Source: Mobula hypostoma
Lineage: Eukaryota
Direction: 5' to 3'
NCBI RefSeq assembly: GCF_963921235.1
Contig: NC_086097.1
Span: 35,590,001 to 35,654,000, forward strand
Length of the DNA: 64,000 bases
Shown: positions 53,697-64,000 of the stretch, one piece after another
How the letters are laid out: each line of letters begins with the position of its first letter
Position numbering within the stretch: the stretch's first letter is position 1
The notes under the pieces: model-generated
Databases searched by the model: none
The model's input: only the letters and a program-made list of their open reading frames with translations
What the model was told of the DNA's origin: nothing
Program-made: the position numbers and the translations under genes

Positions 53697-54272
53697 ATTG
53701 TCACCCGCAACATCACTGACTCAATCATTTCTCTTTTGGCTCCTCCCAATTCCTTCAAACAAAAGCTGTAGCTATGGGCACTTGCATGGGTCCCAGCTTT
53801 ATCTGTCTTTTTATTGGCTATGTGGAACAGTCTACATTCCAAGTCCACACTGGCATCACTCCGCAACTTTCCTATGTTACATCAACAACTGCATTTGTGC
53901 TGCTTCCTGAACCCTAGTCGAGCTCGTCGACTTTATCAACTTTCATCCTTCTCTCAAATTTACCTGGTCCATTTCCAACACCACCTTCCCTTTGTCAATC
54001 TCTCTGTCTCTATCTCTGGAGTCAGTTTATCCACTGATATCTTTTATGAGGTCACATTCAGGTTGGAGGAGCAACACCTTATATTCCGTCTGGGTAGCTT
54101 CCAACCTGATGGCATGAACATCGATTTCCTGAACTTCTAGTAATTGCGCGCCCCCCCTTCACCATTCCCCATTCCCATTTTTCTCTCTCACTTTATCTTC
54201 TTACCTTCCCCATCACCTCCCTCTGGTGCTCCCCCCACCTTCCCTTTCTTCCATGGCTTTCCGGCCTCTCCT

Positions 54273-55866
54273 TGTCACAAGTGTGGAGCACAGGTGGACC
54301 CAAAAGCAGGACACAAGCACGTTTTGTAGCGTTAACAAGAATAGAGTTTATTCATCATTACTAGGAAAGCAGGGAAGCAAGGAATTGTTCAGAGGGAGAT
54401 CAAGGAGTGAGCAAAGCAGAAGAGGGAATAAGCGTGGCTAGCCTCGGACTTGGACATGGAACTTGGAACCTGGACTTGGAACTCGGGACCTGGGCTAACA
54501 ACACATTGACCTTTTGTAACTGTCGTTGTAATTGCACAATTTTTTTTTCTAAACTGATACCTGAGAACCTTGAATTCTGTAAGTTATATTCTGGGCAGGA
54601 TCCAGTGGGGGATTCTGACTAGCGAGAGTTTGGAGAACAGTGTTTGTGTCTGCTGGGTCCATGTTTGGCTAGATCGTTCTGTCACAAGTGTAGAGCACAG
54701 GTGGACCCAAAAGCAGGACACAAACACGTTTTGTAGCGTTAACAAGAATAGAGTTTATTCATCGTTACTAGGAAAGCAGGGAAGCAAGGATACTTCAGAG
54801 GGAGATCAAGGAGTGAGCAAAACAAAAGCAGGAATAAGCGTGGCTGGACTTGGACTTGGACTTGGAACTCGGAACTTGGAACTCAGGACCCTGACTTGAA
54901 TCTTGGAACTCAGAACACCAGAGCCTGGACTTGGAACTCAGAGAATCTGAGCCTGGACTTGGAACTTGGAACATCAGAGCAGGGACTCTTCTCTTAGACA
55001 CAGGACAGGGAACACTAAGCTGGTACTCCTCCTTGGCCACAAGACTTAGAGCCGGGACTCTTCTTTTAGACACAGGACAGGGAACACTAAGCCGGTACTC
55101 CTCTTGGACACAAGACTTAGAGCCGGGACTCTTCTTTTAGACACAGGACGCAGAACACTGAGAGAAAGGATTCCCAAACTCAGAGTTGCAGCAAATGGCC
55201 AGACCTACTCAGTCGAGATGAGAACACGAAGAGACAGTTCACCACTCAGGGTAGTGGCACACGGCTGGACCTACCCAGCGGAGACGAGGACAAGAGGAGA
55301 CAGTGTCTAACTCAGAGTAGTGGCAAAATAGCCAGACCTACTCAGCGGAGACAAGGACACGAAGAGACGGTACCACATAACAATAGACAGTTCATACCTT
55401 GACACGAAATGGCTCTAAGTAGTGGCAAGCCCTTGACGTGGCCCAGGACAGACAACGGCTCTAGTCTCACTCCGGCGGATTAACTTGACGGACCCACCCC
55501 AGTGAGGTAGCTTAGCGGCTCGATCAGGCAAGGTAACTTAACAGGCTGGCTCCAGTGAAGAGAGGCGACTTACTGGCACTTGCTTCGGGGAGAAGACTTG
55601 AGTAGCTCTGACGATGTAACTTGGCTTGTTCCGGAAAGGTGACCTGCTCACACTTGCTTTGGTGACATCTGATGACGATCTAGTGCTGAGTAGCTGTAAG
55701 CCTGACACTAAATACTCATTCAGCTGAGACTCAAGTGCCTTTAATCACAGAGCCCAAGAAAAAACAGGGAAACAATGAATTAAGGAAAACAGGGAGTCAA
55801 CGGTCCTGATCGCGACACAAAGTAAATTTAAAGGGACCCAGGGAATAACCGATCAGGACCGTGACA
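54273..55866 (-). mobile_element. Deleted Gypsy element: full 5' LTR (54680-55866), gag start, and terminal ~230 bp of the 3' LTR
   Basis: TGTCAC/GTGACA ends; TSD ctcct/ttcct; 54273-54500 duplicates 54680-54890; after the LTR comes GAACGATCTAGCCAAAC-ATG MDPADTNTVLQTLASQ (54662-54549); LTR-internal tandem repeats. Confidence 0.85.
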
Positions 55867-56224
55867 TTCCTATCAGAATCTCCTTTCTCCAGCATTTTAT
55901 CTGTTTCACCAATCAACTTCCCAGCTCTTCACTTCACCCCTCCCAATTTCACCTATCAGCTACTACCCTGTACTTCTTCCTCTCTCTCCCCCCACCTTCT
56001 TACTCAGACATCTCATCTTTGTTTTCCAAAACGTCAACCATTTACTCTTTTCTATGGATGCTGCCTGGCCTCCTGAGTTCCTCCAGCATTTTATGTGTGT
56101 TAGGTTCACTTCAGTTTGGTAGACAATTGGTTTCATTTAACCTGAGAACGCAATCCGTTCACTGGCATCTTCTACAAATACTGCAGTCTGGACAGACCAT
56201 GGAAATTTAGAAAATGGCATTATA

Positions 56225-56920
56225 TTAGATTAGATTATGAGGACACTCAGTCCTCGTTTATTGTCATTTATAAATGCATGCATTAAAAAATGATACAATG
56301 TTCCTCCAGAAAGATATCATAGAAACACAGGACAAACCAAGACTAAAACTGACAAAACCACATAATTATAACATATTAGATTAGATTATGAGGACACTTA
56401 TAGTTACAACAGTGCAAAGCAATACTGTAATTTGTTAAAGAGCAGACCATGGGCACGGTAAAAAAAGTCTCAAACTCCCGTTAGCCTCATCATCTCACGC
56501 AGGCGGTAGAAGGGAGAAACTCTCCCTGCCATGAACCTCCAGCGCCGCAAACTTGCTGATGCAGCACCCTGGAAGCACCCGACCACAGTCTGACTCTGAG
56601 TCCATCCGAAAACTTCGAGCCTCCGACCAGCCCCTCCGACACTGAGCGCCATCTCTGCCGAGCACTTCGACCCGACCCCGGCCGCCGAGCAACAAGCAAA
56701 GCCAAGGACTCGGGGCCTTCCCCTCCGGAGATTCTGGATCACACAGTAGCGGCGGCAGTGAAATAGGCATTTCAGAAGTTTCACCAGATGTTCCTCCATG
56801 CTCTCACATCTGTCTTCATCAAATCAGGATTGTGCACGGCATCCTACATGACAGATAACAGATATCATTCACCGGAGTGGCCGCTGCGAGCTGCGTCGTG
56901 CCACCATCTTCTCCTCTCCT
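56225..56920 (-). mobile_element. Non-autonomous retroposon (~690 bp), AAGATGG-type 5' end, (TCTAA)n tail
   Basis: Minus strand starts gaggagaagatggtggc; no coding capacity; second copy at 32242. Confidence 0.7.
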
Positions 56921-57947
56921 CTCCATAGGATTGAACTTATTTTAAATTGAGTTCTACGTGCCATTTGCTGTATAAGGGTGATAGATCTAGAGAGTATAAA
57001 CTTAAGGGAGACAGTGAGTGTGGTTTGTGAGGGGATTGTTAAGTCTGGATAATAAGCCAATCCAATTGGTTGCTGACTGTGAGTTAAGAACTACAAAGCT
57101 TAACATAAAAGTTGGTGCAATATTCGGATCCCACTTTCCATGCACGTGTATTGAATTAAGAATCCAATGCATCGTCATAAGAATCCAAATGATACAAAGT
57201 TCAAGGTATCTTTATCATCAAAGTACGTATACAGTGTGCAGTCTTCAGCTTTGTCTTCTTGCAGACAGCCACAAGACAAAGAAACACCATAGAACCCATT
57301 TAAAGACCCCCTTCCACACACACAACAATACCATCAGACATGCAAGAAAAAAAACAAATCACACAAACAGCAAAAAATGAATAAATGGCACACAAAACAT
57401 TAAACATGAAACTGTTCATTACTGCCCTGCAAGGAAAAAAATTCTCTTATTCTACCACAGATTGTAGACGTTACTGAAATGCCAAAAAATATTTTTCATT
57501 ACTAATTACTGTTTCTATGAATGGAGGCACTTAAAGAGCCAACCAAATTGGATGGTCTAAGAACACATATAGGCCAAACCAGATATATTTTCTTTGAAAT
57601 ATCTAAGAAAAACATACAGGTACCAAACAGCTGAAAGTTCCACATCAAGGGCTGCAATGGGTTAAGGCACCACCATATTTCAAAGACGATTAGCAGACTG
57701 GCACAACATGCTGGTCTTGTCGGCTCTGCCAATGTCTAGTGAGGAAATTAAAGGAAAATTTTGCATGCTTTCCCACTCTTTACTTCAGTTGGCAAATTAA
57801 TTACAACATGTTCTTCTGAAGATGAGTAAATTAACTGGTCAAATATTAGCACAGGAATGAAATAGCTTTTCAGCAGTGTAGGGCTCTCAGTATACTAGAT
57901 GGGCTGTTAACTGTTGATCACTTATTACCAAAATGGCTTCTCTGAAG

Positions 57948-58519
57948 TGTTATATTAAAATGGCTTCTCGTAATGTTAACTGCTGAGCAAGAGGTTCTTT
58001 GTAACTGCAATGTTTGGGTTATACAGTGTGATAATGGAAATTGTATTCATTTGCTAGCCAATGGAAGTCATGTTCTGTTATCTTGTATATGTGTGCTGAG
58101 TTGAGGAGCGCGGGCTTTTTCGGGAGGCGAGCAGAGAGGATGGACGTGTGAGGAACGGACAGTGGTTCCAGGGTGGCGGACAACGGACCTCAGGGGTTCA
58201 GAGGGTGGCCGGAGTCTTGGAAGGACGTTGTGGATGGAATCGAAGGCGTGAGCTCCAACGTATTAAAATATTATGTGCACAAGACTGATAAGTTACTTAT
58301 GTGGCGCCTTTTCTGGTAGTTGTTTCTACTAACCCATCACCAAAAATTTGCTATAATGTATAATTCTTTACTCGCACTTTGTATATTGTTTCATATTTGT
58401 GTCATAGCTGCTCATTGGGCGACTCACACCTTATCCGCACCAAAGCAATTGCACTGTTTGGCGGGGTCGACGGCTATTCACCCTAGGTAACAGGGGTCAG
58501 TGGGGAAAAGACTGTTACA
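57948..58519 (+). mobile_element. Probable solo LTR
   Basis: TGTTA...TTACA ends, CpG-rich core; possible degenerate TSD gaag/aaag. Confidence 0.45.
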
Positions 58520-59569
58520 AAAGTATAAGAACAGTTAACAATATGTATCAGAATACCCCTTCTCTGTATTAAAAACAACCAGTTTTAGACTCTGTGAAGA
58601 AGTCATACATACAAATGAGATGATCTTTAAAGTTGTTATGAGGAACAGGCTTTCCACTCTAAACCTGTTGAAATTAGGGCTTATGAAATACATTGCTTAT
58701 CAAGAAAAGAGTTCTCTTCTAGTTTTTAAGTGTCTTCTGATTAGCTGGTGCCATGTTGACATTAATATTACAGACGAGTTCCATCTGTCACTTTTCCCCA
58801 TTGATTTCAATGAGTTTTGACCTGATTGGAAGCAAAGTTCTAATTTCATTCTGATCCTCCACATTGATGAGGCCTGCTGGGACAAAAGGGTAAAAAGAGA
58901 GAAATAGGCTATCCTAATATTTACATATATTGTATTAATGATTATACAATTCAACTTCATCTGGTGAACACAGGAGAGAAAAATCAAGAAAAAAGCTTCA
59001 AGCGGGAATAAGTCACTCAGCTGGCTATGTAAACCTTCAGTGTTAATAGCTTTTACTTTCCCTCGGACATTTAGTACACTCCATTTTCTCTGCTTTATTA
59101 GGCAAATATGTACTTTCCCAAAGCACATATTTTAGTTAAAATCTCCCAACATTTTCACTGCTATGGTCATCTCTAGCGTTCATCAAATATACTATATGAA
59201 TGCAAGACTTGATAGAATACGTATGTTCTAATGAAAATGCTTTCTTTTTTGGATTCAGAAGGTCTAATTCCTTGGTAGATTTTAAAACTTTCAATATTTG
59301 ACTTCAATTCATCTTAACCCTTACCAAGCTAAGCAATTTCTTTTCTTAAGCTCCTCTTTTCTGAGAAAGAGGTTTTGCCAGAAAGAGTCAATTAAAGGCC
59401 TGCCCCAGAAGTTAAAATGATTCATACACATTTAAATTTGACAAGTTTTCCTTCTAACAATTCCATGCAGAACATAGATACCAATCCAAAATAATGTTTC
59501 AGGATATTTGGATGCCAGTGAAACTGGGGCACAATTTCAACCCTAGGCATGTACTTGTGAATTTCTTTT

Positions 59570-59695
59570 AAAAATCTGCAGATGCTGGAAACCTAAATTA
59601 AAAACAGAAAACCAAGGAATTGCTCAACAAGTCAGGCTGCATCTGTGGGAAGAGGAACAAAGGTAATATTTTAGGTCAAAGTCACTTCATCAGCT
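59570..59695 (-). mobile_element. Penelope-like terminal fragment
   Basis: tctgcagatgctgg ... tcaggctgcatct ... TCATCAG (reverse complement of CTGATGA) at 59687. Confidence 0.65.
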
Positions 59696-59779
59696 ATGAT
59701 ATATAGATTACCAGTTCTGTTGAAGGTCCAGTGATATATTTCCAAGTCAGGTCAGGTCCGTGTGATTTTGTGTGAACCA

Positions 59780-61352
59780 TGAAGACGTTCTGCAGACTAT
59801 GCACAATACTTCGGAGCATAACACTTTTGAATTAGACTCACCGCAATCTGCAGCATGTAATTTCCCTTTAAGCAATGTACTTTTAACTCAATTTAATGAT
59901 CTACAAATTTCATAATCTTGTGAAAGACTTGGCGGACATAACTCTCAGGCAAGTAGGTACGGCAACTTTAAATGGATGAAGATTCATCACCATTGCCAGA
60001 AGGCGGGGGAGGGCACTCCAAGCCAGGCTGAAACACAGAGGAATGAGGCATCTACTCAGCATCTTATTAGCAAATGCGCAGTTGCTGGAAAACAAAATTG
60101 AGAACCTGGGGGCAAGATTGCAGTATCGAAGGGAAATGAGAGATTGTTGTATTGTATGTTTGAATGAGAAGTGGCTTACTCCTTGCACGCCAGATATGGC
60201 GATCAGACCCGAAGGCTTCTCGATTCAAAGAATGGACCAAACTGCTGATTCAAAAAAAGGCGAAAGGTGGAGGTGTGTGTTTCATGATAAACTCTCGGTG
60301 GTTCTCCGAAGTGGTGGTATTGTTGAATTTGTGTTTCCCTGACCTTGAACACCTAATGTACAAATTCCATTCATTCTATATACATGGGGAGTTTTCTTCC
60401 ATAATTATGACCACAGATTAAATACCGCAGCAGTCAACTATAATCAAGTACTTGAACTACTGCATGATGCCATCTCTAAACAAGAAGCAGTTTATTCTGA
60501 TGTATTTCAAACCATAATCAGAGACTTCATCCAGGCTTGTTTGAAGAAAACCCTGTCCAATAACCATCAGCATATAACCTGTAGAACCAACACACTAGAC
60601 CATGGTAATACTGAGATAAGGAATGCCTATGATTCCATATTCAAACTGTAGTTCATTAAATCTGATCACTTGGCTTTCCTTCTACCTGCCTACAGGCCGA
60701 GGCTAAAGAGCATAGCTCCAGATATTAGGACAAAGAAATGGTTGCAGAAAGCAGAGGAGTGGCTATGGGATTGCTTCAAGTTAGTGGACTGGGCCATGTT
60801 CAAGAACTCATCTGTGGATCTGAATGAATACACCATGGTTGTCAAAGACTTTATTAAACAGTTGTAGATGAGTGTGTCCTCACAAAATCATTCAAAGTCT
60901 TCCCCAGTCAGAAGCCCTGGCTGAACCATGAGATCCATAATCTGCTGAGGGCCAGATCAGAGTCATTCAAATCTAGTGACCAAGGAAGTTACAAGAGGTC
61001 CAGGTGTGATCGCTGGAAAGCCATCTCATGGGCAAAGAGGCAATTCTGGACTAAACTTGAATCAATGAAGGATGCCTGACAGTTGTGGCTGTTATAAAGT
61101 TACATCAAGCAACAAAGGCAACAGCAGAACTTCGCTTCCAAATGAGTTCAATGCTCCCTATGCTCGCTTTAACTGTCAAAACAGAGGGGAACCATCACGA
61201 ACTCCCACAGTCCTTAATGATCCTGTCATTTCTGTCTCTGAGGCCAATGTGCATGCAGCCTTCAGGATGGTGAACCCACAAAAGCATCCAGCCCAGACAG
61301 AGTACCTGGCCATGTACTAAAGATCTTTGCTGATCAACTGGCTGGAGTGTTC
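59780..61352 (+). mobile_element. Rex1/Babar 5' part (APE endonuclease), truncated at 61352
   Basis: LSILLANAQLLENKI...RDCCIVCLNEKWL; KGGGVCFMINSRW; ADQLAGVF. Confidence 0.9.
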
Positions 61353-61554
61353 ATCGTCATAGTCATAGTCATAGTCATACTTTATTGATCCCAGGGGGAA
61401 ATTGGTTTTCATTACAGTTGCACCATAAATAATAAATAGGCATAGAACCATAAATAGTTAAATAGTAATATGTAAATTATGCCAGTAAATTATGAAATAA
61501 GTCCAGGACCAGCCTATTGGCTCAGGGTGTCTGACCCTCCAAGGGAGGAGTTGT
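61353..61554 (-). mobile_element. LINE 3' tail with (ACTATG)n repeat
   Basis: (catagt)n then tttattgatcccagggggaaattgg on +. Confidence 0.7.
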
Positions 61555-62204
61555 ATGCTGGCATTCATAGCAAGAGGATTCGAGTACAGGAGCAGGGAGG
61601 TACTACTGCAGTTGTACAAGACCTTGGTGAGACCACACCTGGAGTATTGTGTGCAGTTTTGGTCCCCTAATCTGAGGAAAGACATTTTTGCCATACAGGG
61701 GATACAAAGAAGGTTCACCAGATTGATTCCTGGGATGGCAGGACTTTCATATGATGAAAGACTGGATCGACTAGGCTTATACTCTCTGGAATTTAGAAGA
61801 TTGAGAGGGGATCTGATTGAAACGTATAAAATTCTAAAGGGATTGGACAGGCTAGATGCAGGAAGATTGTTCCCGATGTTGAGGAAGTCCAGAACGAGGG
61901 GTCACAGTTTGAGGATAGAGGGGAAGCCTTTTAGGACCAAGATGAGGAAAAACTTCTTCACACAGAGAGTGGTGAATCTGCGGAATTCTCTGCCACAGGA
62001 AACAGTTGAGGCCAGTTCATTGGCTGTATTTAAGAGGGAGTTAGATATTGCCCTTGTGGCTAAAGGGATCAGAGGGTATGGAGAGAAGGCTGGTACAGGG
62101 TTCTGAGTTGGATGATCAGCCATGATCGTACTGAATGGCAGTGCAGGCTCGAAGGGCAGAATGGCTTACTCCTGCACCTATTTTCTATGTTTCTATGTTT
62201 CTAT
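61552..62204 (+). mobile_element. Young 5'-truncated CR1, same subfamily as 26602-27587
   Basis: Open 183-aa ORF2 end MLAFIARGFEYRSREVLLQLY...GTGF; (TTTCTATG)n tail. Confidence 0.95.
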
Positions 62205-63810
62205 GCCCTGGAGACTTACCCGCCTTAATGCACATTAAGAGGCCGAACTCTTGCTCTCCCTTCTCCTCTAAGTGCCCTAACATATCTATGCACTCAGCAC
62301 GGATCTCCTGGTCCTCCATATCTTTTTTTCCTTGGTAAATACTGAAGAAGAGGACTTATTAAGTATCTCACCTACATTCTCTGCATCTAAGCAAATGTTC
62401 CCCCCTTTATCCTTGAGTGGTCCTACCAACTCCCAGGTTATCCTCTTACTTTTGATGTATGTATAGAATGCTTTGGGATTCACCTTGATCCAAGGACTTT
62501 TCATGGCCCCTCCTGACTTTCCTAATTCCCTTCTTGAGTTCCTTTTGGGCTTCTTTATATTCCTCATGTGCTCTGTTTGAACCTGACTTCAGCAGCTTTA
62601 CATACTTCTCCTTTTTCTTCTTGACTAAATTCATCACCTCTCTGGACATCCGAAGTTCTCTTATCTTTTCACCCCATCCTTCCTTCTAACAGGGACATGC
62701 CTTTCCTGTGCTCTGTGCAATTGATCTTTAAACACCATCCACATGTGTGATGTGGACTTGCCAGAAAAAAAGGTGTTTCCAATTAACTCTTCTTAGTTTC
62801 TGTCTAATTCCCTCATAATTTGCCCAACTCCAATTTGAAACTTTCCTACAAGGACGAGACCCATCCTTATTTATAGTTATCCTGAAAGTTAAGAAGTTGT
62901 GGTCACTGTTTCCCAACTGTTCACCCGCTGAAAGGTCAGTCACCTGGCCAAGTTCATTACCCAACACCAGGTCCAATATGGCCCCTCTTCTTGTTGGATA
63001 CACTTAAAAAATTCAGCTCCATCTAAACCCCTTACACTAAGAAGGTCCCAGTTTATATGAGGGAAGTTGAAATCCCCATGACAGCAACCCTATTATTTCT
63101 ACACATTTCCTTAATCTGATTACATATCTGTACCTCAATGTCCCAGTGGCTATTAGGGGATCTGTAGTACAATCCCATTGGTGTGATTACACCCTTCCTG
63201 TTTTTGAGTTCCACCCAAAAGGACTCAGTGTCTGACCCCTCTGAATGCAGTTGTGATATTGTCCCTGATTAGTAGTGCAATTCCAGCCCCTTTTCTTTAC
63301 CTCCTTCTCTATCTTTTCTAAAATTTTGAAAACCTAGTACATTAATCACCCATTCCTGCCCCTCTCGGAATCAAGATTCAGTAATGGCTACATCATAATT
63401 CCATGTACTGATCCATGCGCTAAGTTCCTCACCCTTACCCATTCATACTCCGAGCATTAAACTATACACATTTTAAACTCTCCAACTCTTCATACCTGTT
63501 ATTTCAATTTTACCTTTCAATACCACCCCTGACGTCCACCTTCTGGTCCCATCCTTCCCTCACTGACTTGGGCCACCGGTTCAGAGCCCCCTGCAAAACT
63601 AGTTTAAGCTCTCCCGAGCAGCATCAGCAAACATCACAGCCAGGATATGGATTCCCCTCCAGTTCAGTTGCAACCCATCCCTCTTGTACGGGTCATCTCT
63701 TCCCCAGGAAAGATTCCAATGATCCAAGAACTTGAAACCCTTCCCCCTGCATCATCTCCTCAGCCACTCATTCATCCATTCTAGCACCCCATTCCTACCT
63801 GCACTAGTAA
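62205..63810 (-). mobile_element. Old CR1 5'/central region
   Basis: PTRRGAILDLVLGNELGQV...GNSDHN; IKVNPKAFYTYIKSKR. Confidence 0.85.
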
Positions 63811-63929
63811 AGAAATAAAAAGAAAGTTATTTTAAACAAAATAATCACAAATATATTCACATTTGTAATACCCTATGTGGTATATTTATGTAAAAATTAT
63901 TAAGGATTATTGTATTGCTAAAAGTATAC

Positions 63930-64000
63930 TTTCTCCTTCCCCGTCCCGATGAAGGGTCTTGGCCCGTACATTGATTGTTTACTTGTTTCCATAGATGCTG
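63930..64000 (+). mobile_element. Penelope-like terminal fragment (runs off the window)
   Basis: cccgatgaagggtcttggccc...ttccatagatgctg. Confidence 0.7.

Larger units (their letters stand above)
52985..56105 (+). mobile_element. Internally deleted Penelope element hosting two LTR insertions
   Basis: GAVVV..TDLY, SDTSSYLPLEQDPSEEHQVIV|TRNIT, QTKAVAMGTCMGPS, YINNCICAAS, RLEEQHLIFRLGSFQPDGMNIDFLNF; terminal motif at ~56058-56100. Confidence 0.85.

Noticed and set aside
54840..55370. Regular repeats suggesting an array or repeat protein
   Set aside because: Tandem repeats internal to a Gypsy LTR; no spacers and no coherent ORF
1..64000. A new multi-gene or prokaryote-type system
   Set aside because: No operon-like structure; apart from the KCNH5 exon, long ORFs map to known TE protein families or lack any supporting signal

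Overview
Vertebrate genomic DNA, most likely from a cartilaginous fish (inferred from the CR1, Rex1/Babar, Penelope and V-SINE repertoire). The only host gene I can support is the last coding exon of the ether-a-go-go K+ channel KCNH5/EAG2 (+ strand, 4798-5739). It may be followed by a long 3' UTR reaching an AU-rich, TE-free block with AATAAA at 14242. The rest is intronic or intergenic DNA densely filled with decayed, nested transposable elements: many Rex1/Babar and CR1 LINE fragments; one full-length but frameshifted RTE LINE (24211-29455) with a CR1 insertion and a 51-bp minisatellite; Penelope remnants with degenerate hammerhead-ribozyme cores; Gypsy LTRs with readable 5-bp TSDs; a chromovirus integrase remnant; tRNA-SINEs; a Tc1 remnant; and hAT MITEs. 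Nearly all listed ORFs are TE fragments or noise. I found no convincing new protein-coding system. The most interesting signals are at the RNA-structure level: an LTR element whose leader folds back over its own polyA signal, a candidate ribozyme-like fold at the RTE 5' end, Penelope hammerhead remnants, and SINEs with swapped tails. Family names come from motif recognition, not database searches, and TE boundaries without a stated TSD are approximate.
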